Source of the DNA: Longimicrobiales bacterium
Lineage (GTDB): Bacteria; Gemmatimonadota; Gemmatimonadetes; Longimicrobiales; Gaopeijiaceae
Assembly: GCA_965202985.1 (NCBI GenBank)
Contig: CBDBCF010000001.1
Location: forward strand, 2,176,001-2,240,000
Direction of reading: 5' to 3'
DNA length: 64,000 bases
Shown in pieces: positions 8,495-17,448 of this stretch. The notes beneath the pieces are model-generated. The model made no database searches. It was not told the origin of the DNA and saw only the letters and a list, made by a program, of their open reading frames with translations. The position numbers were made by a program, and so were the translations under genes. The number at the start of each line of letters is the position of its first letter. Position 1 is the stretch's first letter.

Positions 8495-10897
8495 GTGCTC
8501 GACAGGATATTCGCGCCTCGGTCGGTGGCCGTCGTGGGCGCCAGCGCCGACTCCGCCAAGCGAGGCCATCAGATCCTCCGCGCCCTGGACCGAACGGGCT
8601 ATTGCGGAGCTGTCCACGCCGTGAATCCGTTGGGGGGACGCATCTTGGATCGCCCGGTGCTGCCGTCGGTGGCCGACCTGCCGGAGGGCGTGGACTTGGC
8701 CGTGCTTTGCACGCCGGCGGCGACTGCGCCTTCGCTTGTGCGGGCGTGCGGGCGGAGGGGAGTGGGTACGGCAGTGGTGCTGGCCGTCGGGTTCGGCGAG
8801 TCGGGGGCGGAGGGCGAGCGACTCGAGGCCGAACTGCGGGCGGCAGGCCGGGCGGGCGGCGTGCGCATCGTCGGTCCCAACACGTCGGGGCTCATGAACC
8901 TTCACGTCGGGCTCAACCTGATCGGAGCGCGGGGCGTGCGGCGAGGCGGAATCGCCCTGGTCGTCCAGTCCGGGAACATCGCGCTGGCGCTGATGAACGA
9001 GATTACGGCCCGAACGGCGGACGGCGTCTCGATCTGCTGTGGGTTGGGCAACCGGGCCGACGTAGGGTTCGGCGAAGTGTTGGCGTACCTGGGCGAGCAT
9101 GAGCCCACGCGGGCGGTGGTGGTTCATGCGGAGGGGCTCGGAGACGGTCGCGACTTCCTCCGGGCGGCCTCGACGGCTGCGCAGCGCAAGCCGGTGATCG
9201 TGATCAAGGGAGGGCGCACTTCGGGCGGGGCGGTTGCGGCCCGGTCCCACACGGGGGCGCTCGCCGGTCCCAGCGACCGCCTCCGAGCCGGGATGAAGCA
9301 GGCGGGAATCATCGAGGTCGTCCGCACCGACGAGTTGGCGGCGGTGGCGGCGACGCTGGCGTTGCAACCGGCGTGGCAAGGGAGCGCTTCGGGCCGCGCG
9401 GCCGCCGATCGCCCCTGGGACGCCGCCGATCGCTGCTCCGACGACGACAGTTGCTCCCGGACCGACGGCGATCGACCCCGGGGTCCCGCTCTTGGCCCCG
9501 ATCCCTGCCCCGGCGTCGCTATCCTCTCCGACGGGGGTGGCCAGAGCGTCCTGGCGGTGGACGCCCTGAGCCGGCTGGACGCGCCGATGGCCGTTCTTTC
9601 GCCTCCGACGCAAACGGCCCTGCGACGGACCCTTGGCCCGGCCGCGGCGGTCGGCAACCCGGTGGACGTGGCTGGTGCCGCCGACGCCGACCCCCGGGCC
9701 TTCTCGAACGCCGTCGGCCTGCTGGCGCCAGACCCGGCGGTCGCCCTGGTCTTGGTCGTGGGCCTGTTCGGCGGCTACGGGATCCGTTTCCTGGACCGCC
9801 TGACTGCAACGGAGACGGAAGCAGCCCGCGACATGGCGACCACGATGCGAGCGGCCGGCAAGGGGCTGGTCGTGCACTCCATCTATGCCTCCCGCACCAG
9901 CGCGCCCCTGCAAGCGCTCCGAGAGGCGCAGGTCCCCGTGATTGAGTCGCTCGAGGCGGCCTGCCGGGCGGCGGCGGAGCTCGAGCGCCGTGGGCGAGTA
10001 GCGCGACCCCGCTGGCCGCCGCACGGATCAAGGGCGGAGCCGAGGCCGGCCAAGGGAACCCGTCGGGCGGGCGGCGCGAAGTCGCCCAGCCCCATGGAGT
10101 CGCCCCGCTCCGTGAAAGTGGTTGGCCCTGGGTGGGAGTCGCCCCACCCAAGGCGGGACCGACATCGGACCATCAAAGCAGCCCGGGCAGAGGGGCGTGT
10201 CGCGCTCACCGAGCTGGAGGCCCGGGAGGTGCTGGCGGACGCCGGCGTCACCTTCGAGCCTGTCCGGATCGCCCGATCCGTCTCCGAAGCCGCGGCCGCG
10301 GCCGCAAACGCTGGCCGGCCCGTCGCGATGAAGGCCCTGTCCAAGCACATCCTGCACAAGTCCGATGCCGGAGGCGTGGTGCTCGACGTGACGGACGCCG
10401 CGCAGGCTCGGCGGGCGTTCGACCGAATTGCCCGAGCAGTGGGCGAATACGCGCGGGACCGCGGCCTCGCCGAAGAGCCGTGCCGGGTTCTCGTGTCGCC
10501 GATGCTTCCGGTCCCGGTGGCCGAGCTCCTCGTCGGAGCCTGTCGAGACCCGCAACTGGGACCCGTTCTGACCGTCGGCGCGGGTGGCGTCTGGACCGAA
10601 GTCCTGGCCGATGCCGTCCACCGCGTCCTCCCTGTCCCCGACGGCGAGATCGCGACGATGCTCCGCGAACTGAAGGCGAGCCCCGTCCTGGCCGGCGCCC
10701 GGGGCAAGCCCGCGGCCTGCGTGGACGCGATCGTCGAAGCCGCAACGGCCGTCGCGCAATGCATCCGGACGCACCGCGACATCTCGGAAGTTGAGATCAA
10801 CCCCCTGTTCGCGTACCCGCACAAGGTCGTCCCCGTGGACGCGCGCGTCGTGCTCGCGCCGGAAGACGCGCCTGCTACGGTCGCAACACCACCTTGA
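8495..10897 (+). CDS. ADP-forming acyl-CoA synthetase (acetate-CoA ligase family), CoA-binding + ligase + ATP-grasp fusion
   Basis: PRSVAVVGAS, GPNTSG, QSGN, SHTGALAG (phospho-His), NPVDV, HKSDAGGV, EINPL. Confidence 0.92.
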   Translation: MLDRIFAPRSVAVVGASADSAKRGHQILRALDRTGYCGAVHAVNPLGGRILDRPVLPSVADLPEGVDLAVLCTPAATAPSLVRACGRRGVGTAVVLAVGFGESGAEGERLEAELRAAGRAGGVRIVGPNTSGLMNLHVGLNLIGARGVRRGGIALVVQSGNIALALMNEITARTADGVSICCGLGNRADVGFGEVLAYLGEHEPTRAVVVHAEGLGDGRDFLRAASTAAQRKPVIVIKGGRTSGGAVAARSHTGALAGPSDRLRAGMKQAGIIEVVRTDELAAVAATLALQPAWQGSASGRAAADRPWDAADRCSDDDSCSRTDGDRPRGPALGPDPCPGVAILSDGGGQSVLAVDALSRLDAPMAVLSPPTQTALRRTLGPAAAVGNPVDVAGAADADPRAFSNAVGLLAPDPAVALVLVVGLFGGYGIRFLDRLTATETEAARDMATTMRAAGKGLVVHSIYASRTSAPLQALREAQVPVIESLEAACRAAAELERRGRVARPRWPPHGSRAEPRPAKGTRRAGGAKSPSPMESPRSVKVVGPGWESPHPRRDRHRTIKAARAEGRVALTELEAREVLADAGVTFEPVRIARSVSEAAAAAANAGRPVAMKALSKHILHKSDAGGVVLDVTDAAQARRAFDRIARAVGEYARDRGLAEEPCRVLVSPMLPVPVAELLVGACRDPQLGPVLTVGAGGVWTEVLADAVHRVLPVPDGEIATMLRELKASPVLAGARGKPAACVDAIVEAATAVAQCIRTHRDISEVEINPLFAYPHKVVPVDARVVLAPEDAPATVATPP

Positions 10898-12143
10898 CGG
10901 CTTTGCTGCTGCGGTGGTCGAAGGCGGCCCGGAGGGCGTCTCGGTAACGCCGCAGCGGAAACGAATGCGTAACCAGCCGCGACAGTGCGCCGGGGTCCGC
11001 CGCCATGCGCTCCAGGGCGATCTCGAAGGTGTGGCGTCGGCGGCCCTCCCACTCCTCGGCGCCGTAGCCCACGTAGCCCTGGATGCGCAGCTCCCTGGCC
11101 CACAAGAACGTTAGGTCCAGCTTGCGCAGCTGACCGGCGCAGCCCAGAAGCACCACCCTTCCCCCAGCCGACGCGAAGCGCAGCGACTGGCGCACGCTGG
11201 ACTCGCTCCCCACGCAATCGAAGACGTAGGCGAAGCCACCCCCCGCATACACCTCGTCCCCAACGACGGGCATGTACGCCCGAGCCCCCGTGTCCACCAT
11301 CGCTTGGCGGGCTTCGTCGCCGGGCTTCACCGTCTCGCCGGCGCCCAACGCTTGGGCCAGCGACGCCTCGTGGGGCCGCTTCGCCTGCGCGACCAGTCGG
11401 CCTTCGTAGCCCAGCGTCCGCAACGCCCAGACGGTAGCCAGCGCAATTGTCCCGCTGCCGACCACCAGCACCGGACCGGGTGAATCGAGCACACCGCACT
11501 GCAACACGCCGTGAACGCCGATCGCCAACGGTTCGGCAAGGACCGCGACCCGGTCGTCCAACGAGTCCGGCACCAGAAAGACTTGTCGCTTGTGGGCCAC
11601 GATCTGCTCGCCCCAGCCGCCGGGCAGGTCGCGGTGGTAGCCGATCGCCAGCCCCGGCGCCAGTCGCCCGCCAAGCGGACCGCCCTTGCCCGTCGCCCTC
11701 TCCACGCCTTCCTCGCCCGCCATTTCGCAAGTCGCGTGGCGGCCCGTCGCGCACGAGGGGCACCACTCGGTTCGCCCGTAGCCCCGGACCTCGCAGTGGA
11801 TCATCGGATCGACCACCACGCGCTGGCCCGGCGACACGCCGGTCGCGCTCGGCCCCGCCTCCACGACCCGCCCGAGCACCTCGTGGCCCAGCACGGCGGG
11901 AAAGGACCCGAACGGCTCCATCGCGGGGCTGGACCGAAAGGCGATGTTGCCCAGATCGCTTCCGCAGATGCCGCACAGCACCACCTCGATGCGAACCCAG
12001 TCGTCGCCGGGCAGCTCGGGCGCGTCCCGCTCGACGAAGCGCACGCCCGACAACCGGCCGTGAACGACGGAGTCGGTTGCTCGGCCCAGCGTGCGGGCAA
12101 GGACGTAGCCCGGGATCGTAACGTTGAACTGGACGGCTTTCAC
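10875..12143 (-). CDS. Zinc-dependent alcohol dehydrogenase (MDR family)
   Basis: CGICGSD, LGHE, structural Zn C..CPSC..C, GSGTIA nucleotide-binding motif, KAVKVV C-terminus. Confidence 0.92.
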   Translation of the reverse strand: MKAVQFNVTIPGYVLARTLGRATDSVVHGRLSGVRFVERDAPELPGDDWVRIEVVLCGICGSDLGNIAFRSSPAMEPFGSFPAVLGHEVLGRVVEAGPSATGVSPGQRVVVDPMIHCEVRGYGRTEWCPSCATGRHATCEMAGEEGVERATGKGGPLGGRLAPGLAIGYHRDLPGGWGEQIVAHKRQVFLVPDSLDDRVAVLAEPLAIGVHGVLQCGVLDSPGPVLVVGSGTIALATVWALRTLGYEGRLVAQAKRPHEASLAQALGAGETVKPGDEARQAMVDTGARAYMPVVGDEVYAGGGFAYVFDCVGSESSVRQSLRFASAGGRVVLLGCAGQLRKLDLTFLWARELRIQGYVGYGAEEWEGRRRHTFEIALERMAADPGALSRLVTHSFPLRRYRDALRAAFDHRSSKAVKVVLRP

Positions 12144-12287
12144 TGGCGTCGGCGGGTTGCGGAGCAGGTTGCAACGGGTGCGGACGTGTAAGGTGGGCCG
12201 AGCGCCGTCGCCGGGAAACCATGCCGCTCGTGTCAGGACCAGAACAGGTGCCGCAGGGGCTGCACCGCCGCAAGAACGGAAAGGGGG

Positions 12288-12442
12288 TCAGCCGATCGGG
12301 ACACCAATCCCGACGCGGACCGATACGACTCGGTTCTTGTAGTCGACCTGGTCGTGTTTTCTTGCGCCAGCGTCGGGCAAGGCGTCAGCGAGAAGGCCGT
12401 CGCGGCCACGGCTGCGTTGACGAAGATGCGATGGGTGCGCAT
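12288..12442 (-). pseudogene. Internally deleted outer-membrane beta-barrel gene (signal peptide joined out of frame to the terminal beta-strand)
   Basis: AAGGGAGG RBS; signal MRTHRIFVNAAVAATAFSLTPCPTLA-QE; a shifted frame directly after reads HDQVDYKNRVVSVRVGIGVPIG-TGA (12288-12290). Confidence 0.6.
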
Positions 12443-12458
12443 GGGTTGCCTCCCTTGG

Positions 12459-13457
12459 TTAGGTCGAAGGTTGGAGAGGACCGCACTGCGGTAGGCCGCC
12501 GTCGTCGGACATCGTGGTTACACGCATCTTGCGATGGACGGCTGTGCCGAAGAAGCCCGTGCCATCGCCGAAGACCGACGGAACGCGGACCTGACCCGAC
12601 GGATGGTACGGACCGGCGCGTGCCCAGTTCGACCAGTTGCGATCCACGGCCGATACCGAAACGCCGGCTGTTGCTCCGGCGGGCAGCCCGTCTTGCAGGG
12701 AGACGAGGAGCCTGCGCGATTCCTCGCCGTCCACGTACTCGTCAATTGCGACAAACTCACTGGGGAAAACGGCCTCCGTTTGCTGGCGTCCGTTCAGCAG
12801 CCGGCTCAGGTAGAGCGAATCTGCGCCGTCCGCTCCAATCCCCTCCATTTCCGCCTCGAGCAAGTAGCCCCAGGCATCGTCGGCCGGCGTCCAGTCCAGC
12901 TTGACGCGCGCATCGGGTGGAAGCCGGCATCGTCCATCGGCGAGCGCAACGCCCTGCAAGCCGAACGCACCCGGCACTCGGCTGAGGGCGGCGAGCTCTC
13001 GACCGTCCGCCGTCAGCACGGTCAGCTCAAGCGCTTCGCCGGGAAGGAACGCTGCCGCCGATCGACGCGGCCGATAGCACGACGCACCGGCGTTCCTCTT
13101 CAAGTAAAGGCTGCCCAGGGAGTCGCGGGCGAGGCACAAGTCCAAGCGCGTCTCCTCTACGAACTCAATCGTTCGGCCCAACGAACCGGCTATGCGTATG
13201 TTGGCCCCGTTCATCGCCTCCACCTTGGTGCCGAACAGCCGATGGAGAAGAAGTGGCGCGGCCATTTCGACCACGAAAGGGTCGTCCGCGACGGCGACGG
13301 CTGGCTGCAGCGTCAACACGATCGCTCCCTGCAGGACGACCATGTCGTCGGCTTCTGCGATTGCGACCTCGGTCAGGTCGCACCCGGGCAAGACGTAAGC
13401 CGCCAGCGCGACGACAAGCTTGGCCGCGAGTCCGGGCACTGGTGCTCTCGGCGTCAT
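12459..13457 (-). CDS. DUF4249-like lipoprotein, partner of TonB-dependent receptor
   Basis: ATG overlaps receptor stop (TGATG); lipobox LPGC; C-terminal VSAVDRNW..PSVFGDGTGFFGT. Confidence 0.7.
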   Translation of the reverse strand: MTPRAPVPGLAAKLVVALAAYVLPGCDLTEVAIAEADDMVVLQGAIVLTLQPAVAVADDPFVVEMAAPLLLHRLFGTKVEAMNGANIRIAGSLGRTIEFVEETRLDLCLARDSLGSLYLKRNAGASCYRPRRSAAAFLPGEALELTVLTADGRELAALSRVPGAFGLQGVALADGRCRLPPDARVKLDWTPADDAWGYLLEAEMEGIGADGADSLYLSRLLNGRQQTEAVFPSEFVAIDEYVDGEESRRLLVSLQDGLPAGATAGVSVSAVDRNWSNWARAGPYHPSGQVRVPSVFGDGTGFFGTAVHRKMRVTTMSDDGGLPQCGPLQPST

Positions 13458-15853
13458 CAGAACGACACCTCCACTCCGATGGTGGGCAAAAACGGGATCA
13501 TCGATACGCCCGTGCGCGTGGGCGGCGTCTGATCGTGGTCGAAGAAGTACACGAAGACGTTCTTGCGGTTGTACACGTTGAGTATGCTCAAGTAAGGCAC
13601 GAACCGGCCCCATTCTCGTTCCACGTGCTTGCGGAAACTGATGTCGAGTCGGTGGCGAAGCGGATAGCGATTGCCGTTCCTGGGACCCAGGAGAACGCCG
13701 ATCGCGGAGTCGTCTAGGACGCTGGTTGCGGGCCGGTGGTCGTGGACCCAATAGCGGCCAAAGGGACGCGTGTACGGCAGTCCAGTGCCGAAGTTGAAGC
13801 GAACGGCAGCGTCGACGCCCCACCGCAGGCGCCGGCGAAGCACAAGGTCGAGGTCCAGTCGTCGGTCGAACACCGGAGGGAAGCTGACCTCCGGCGCGGG
13901 GTCCAAACCCAGTCTCGTATCCGGAAAGGTTCGCCTCGTGTGCAGAAGCGATGCCGAGACCCACCCCGTCATTGCTCCTCGGTCGCGTTTGCCGTACAAG
14001 TCCAAGCCGTAGGCGACCCCGGTTCCCGACAGCAAGTCGTCCCGAGGATCTTCGGGGTCGTCGATGAAGTTGCGCGTGATCACGCCGCGGAACGTTCTGT
14101 AGTAGCCTTCGGCAGCGACGAACCAATCGTCCGCGCTTCCGATGAAGCGCTCGAAGCCCAGTTGCACCTGGTCCGACACCACTTGAGGCACGTCGGCGCC
14201 CGCCAGGACCCATATGTCGATGCCGAGAGGCAAGTCTTCGTTGCGCAGGGAGTGCAGCGACTGCGAGTATCTTCCGACAGCCAGCCGGATCGCTGCTCTT
14301 CGGTTCGCCAGGAACCGCTTTGCCGCTGCGCGCGGCGACGCCACAATCTTCCCGCCGTCCTCGCCGGCTCGCCATTGGTCGACGCGAACTCCCGTTTCCA
14401 GCAGCCATCGCGAGCTTGGCCGCCACTGGAGCTGCGTGTATCCAGAGATCTCGCGACCGTCTCCTCCGCGCCGTGCGGCGCTGCCCAGCCCGAGTTCGCT
14501 CCACACGCCAGGCAGTTGATTGCCGTACCGCGCGCGCACTGCCGCCAACCCCGTCTTCCAGATGCTGCGCGGAGTGGGACGGCGCTCCAGGTCGACGCCC
14601 GCGGTCAGCTGCCTCACATCCGTCGCAAACCGGGAGCGGTCGCGGAACTCGGGAAATGACATGTTGGACCGAAACTTCGTCCACGAGGCACGAACCTCGA
14701 GATGCCCTCCGCCCGTCATCGGGTTCGTCCACGCCGCGCCCACAGCGCTGTTACCCCAATCCCAAAGCAGGCGAGGCAGGTCGTCGCCTCCGCTGGCAGC
14801 GCTCGTACCCGAACGGAAGGACTCTCCCAGGTCCACGTCGTCCTTGCCGTGATATGCGGTAAGGCGAATTCGGTTGCCGCCGCGCGTCCATGCCTCGAAC
14901 ACGCCTTGGTAGTCAACCAAATGGTAGGGAACGTCCGCCCAAGGACTCAAGACCACGTCGGCGTACGACCTGCGAGCGGACATGCGCCACCGAGAGTTGA
15001 CGAGTCCTACGCCCTCGGCCAGCCCAGCGGGCAAGGTGCCGTTGACCGCGATCCGGGACGCCAGCAAGCTGACGCCAACGTCAGCCCCGAGACGCCCGTC
15101 GCCGTGGTCCGATTCGACCAGCAGTACCGACGACACGCGCCCCCCGTACTCCGGCGAGAAGCCGCCGGACCGAAGCTCGGCGGTGCGAACCATGTCGGCA
15201 TTGAAGACCGAGAAGAAGCCGCCCAGATGGAAGGGATTGAAGATGGGAACCCTGTCCAGCAGAATCAGATTCTGGTCCGCCGATCCGCCGCGAACGTTGA
15301 ACGCGGCGGAGAAATCCGACACCGTGTTCACGCCGGGCAGCACGTCGACCGCCCTAATCGGGTCGGCCTCGACCAGCGACGGCACGGCCTTCAGGTCCGT
15401 CCCCGCGATCTCGTAAGCCGTCCGCCCCGCCGCATCCTCGAAACGCGCCCGCAGGCGGCCCCGCTCCGCCTCCACGCTGACCCCCGGCAGGGCCACCGCA
15501 TCGGCCGCAAGCGCGATCTCCAGCGCGACATCGCGTTCGCTCACGTGCACTGGGCGGTTGTGTCTCGCGTATCCGATCCGTTCGATTTCCAGCGTGTAGG
15601 CGCCCGCCGCCACCTCGTAGAAGGCGAAGTACCCCAGCGCATCGGTGCCGACAGTGCGAAGCCGAGCCGCGTTCTCCACCGGAATCAGCCGGACCGTCGC
15701 GTCCTCGATCGGCACGCCGTCGCTCCCCAAGGCGCGCCCATTGACCACCATGCGTTGCGCGACGCCGGCGGCAGGCAGGACCAGGGCGATCGCCGCAAGC
15801 GCCGTGCCGACCAGAGTCGAACCAAGTCGAACTCCTTTGCCTGTAACGACCAT
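13457..15853 (-). CDS. TonB-dependent receptor with N-terminal carboxypeptidase-regulatory-like domain
   Basis: AAAGGAGG RBS before ATG 15853; plug LPGV..FNVRGGSADQNLILLD..IFNPFHLGG.FSVFN; C-terminal PTIGVEVSF. Confidence 0.93.
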   Translation of the reverse strand: MVVTGKGVRLGSTLVGTALAAIALVLPAAGVAQRMVVNGRALGSDGVPIEDATVRLIPVENAARLRTVGTDALGYFAFYEVAAGAYTLEIERIGYARHNRPVHVSERDVALEIALAADAVALPGVSVEAERGRLRARFEDAAGRTAYEIAGTDLKAVPSLVEADPIRAVDVLPGVNTVSDFSAAFNVRGGSADQNLILLDRVPIFNPFHLGGFFSVFNADMVRTAELRSGGFSPEYGGRVSSVLLVESDHGDGRLGADVGVSLLASRIAVNGTLPAGLAEGVGLVNSRWRMSARRSYADVVLSPWADVPYHLVDYQGVFEAWTRGGNRIRLTAYHGKDDVDLGESFRSGTSAASGGDDLPRLLWDWGNSAVGAAWTNPMTGGGHLEVRASWTKFRSNMSFPEFRDRSRFATDVRQLTAGVDLERRPTPRSIWKTGLAAVRARYGNQLPGVWSELGLGSAARRGGDGREISGYTQLQWRPSSRWLLETGVRVDQWRAGEDGGKIVASPRAAAKRFLANRRAAIRLAVGRYSQSLHSLRNEDLPLGIDIWVLAGADVPQVVSDQVQLGFERFIGSADDWFVAAEGYYRTFRGVITRNFIDDPEDPRDDLLSGTGVAYGLDLYGKRDRGAMTGWVSASLLHTRRTFPDTRLGLDPAPEVSFPPVFDRRLDLDLVLRRRLRWGVDAAVRFNFGTGLPYTRPFGRYWVHDHRPATSVLDDSAIGVLLGPRNGNRYPLRHRLDISFRKHVEREWGRFVPYLSILNVYNRKNVFVYFFDHDQTPPTRTGVSMIPFLPTIGVEVSF

Positions 15854-16046
15854 GACGACCTCCTTTCCCACTTTGGTACCTACTCCAGCAATATTCGTGC
15901 CACAAATCCGTGACCGATTCGCAAGACTTGGCTTGTCGGTGCACGCTCGCGTCGCTTGTGGCCGCGCCCGGCCGACTCTATTGTGGCCCCGTTACCGGTA
16001 GTGGTCTTGCTAACTCGCGTCCCCGCCACGGAGGCAATGGGCAAAG

Positions 16047-17324
16047 ATGAGAACGGCCGTCGTCGCAGGTTGCCGGACGCCCTTTGCGCGGGCGGGGACG
16101 CACTTCGAGGGGCTGACGGCGATCGACCTGGGGCGTCACGCCGTTCGGGAGCTGCTGGCGTGGGCCGATGTGGTGCCTGCCGACGTGGATCACCTGGTCT
16201 TCGGCACCGTGGTCCACGATCCGCGTGCGCCCAACATGGCCCGCGAGGTCGGGCTGTCCACGCTGCCGCCCTCCGTCCCCGCGGTCACCGTGTCCCGGGC
16301 GTGCGCGTCGGCGAACCAGGCGATCGCCGACGGGGCGGCGCTCGTTCGAACGGGCCAGGCCCACGTGGTGGTGGCGGGCGGTGCCGAGTGCCTGTCGCGA
16401 GTCCCGATCTTGGTGTCGCGCGGGCTGTCGAAGGCGCTGACGTCGGCGTCCAGGGGCAAGACGCTGGGCGCCAAGCTGCGCGCGTTCGCAGGGGTTCGGC
16501 CCCGAGACCTCCTGCCGGTTCCGCCGGCGATCGCCGAGTACTCCACGGGCGAAACCATGGGCGAAGCGGCCGAACGGATAGCCAAGGAGAACGGAATCTC
16601 CCGCGAGGACCAGGACCGATGGGCGGCGGCGTCGCACCACAAGGCCCACGCGGCCACCGAGGACGGCCGCTTGCCCGCCGAGATTGCGCCGTTGTACGTG
16701 CCGCCCGACTACCGAACCACGGTCGCAAAGGACAACGGCATCCGGCCGGACACGTCGCGGGAAGCGCTGTCGGCGTTGCGGCCCGTCTTCGACCGGCGGT
16801 TCGGTTCGGTCACGGCGGGCAGCTCGTCCGGCCTGACCGACGGCGCGTCCGCGGTGCTCCTCATGTCCGAAGATCGGGTTCGCGCGCTGGGCATCGAGCC
16901 CCTGGGATACGTCCGAAGCTGGGCCTTCGCCGCGCTGGACCCCCGCGCGCAACTGTTGCAGGGACCCGCCTACGCGGCCCCGATCGCGCTGGATCGAGCC
17001 GGCCTGTCCATGGCGGAGATCGACCTAATGGAGATGCACGAAGCCTTTGCCGCCCAGGTGCTCTCCAACCTGCGGGCCCTGGACTCGGACGACTTCTGCA
17101 AGCGCGAGCTGGGGCGGCTCGCCCGCGTGGGCCACCCGGACCCCGAGCGCATCAACGCGGCAGGCGGCTCGATCGCCGTCGGCCATCCCTTCGGCGCGAC
17201 CGGCGGTCGCCTGACCGTCACGCTGCTGAACGAGCTGCGCCGGCGCGACGGCCAGTTCGGCCTGGTCACGGTGTGCGCCGCGGGCGGCCTGGGGTTCGCG
17301 ATGGTCCTGGAGCGTAGCGGCTGA
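16047..17324 (+). CDS. fadI: Acetyl-CoA C-acyltransferase (FadI/trifunctional-enzyme beta-type thiolase)
   Basis: RTPF, SRACASA (catalytic Cys), HEAFAAQ, GHPFGATG, VCAAGGLG. Confidence 0.88.
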   Translation: MRTAVVAGCRTPFARAGTHFEGLTAIDLGRHAVRELLAWADVVPADVDHLVFGTVVHDPRAPNMAREVGLSTLPPSVPAVTVSRACASANQAIADGAALVRTGQAHVVVAGGAECLSRVPILVSRGLSKALTSASRGKTLGAKLRAFAGVRPRDLLPVPPAIAEYSTGETMGEAAERIAKENGISREDQDRWAAASHHKAHAATEDGRLPAEIAPLYVPPDYRTTVAKDNGIRPDTSREALSALRPVFDRRFGSVTAGSSSGLTDGASAVLLMSEDRVRALGIEPLGYVRSWAFAALDPRAQLLQGPAYAAPIALDRAGLSMAEIDLMEMHEAFAAQVLSNLRALDSDDFCKRELGRLARVGHPDPERINAAGGSIAVGHPFGATGGRLTVTLLNELRRRDGQFGLVTVCAAGGLGFAMVLERSG

Positions 17325-17448
17325 CCTGTCCGCCGGACGGGGGCTCGGGGTCCATTCGCATCTCAGCGATCGTCATTTCGCGCAGGCTGGCGTCCGCCTT
17401 CAGAGTCCGCGCGGGCGATCGTGCACGGTGGCGCTTCAAGCTCGGGGG

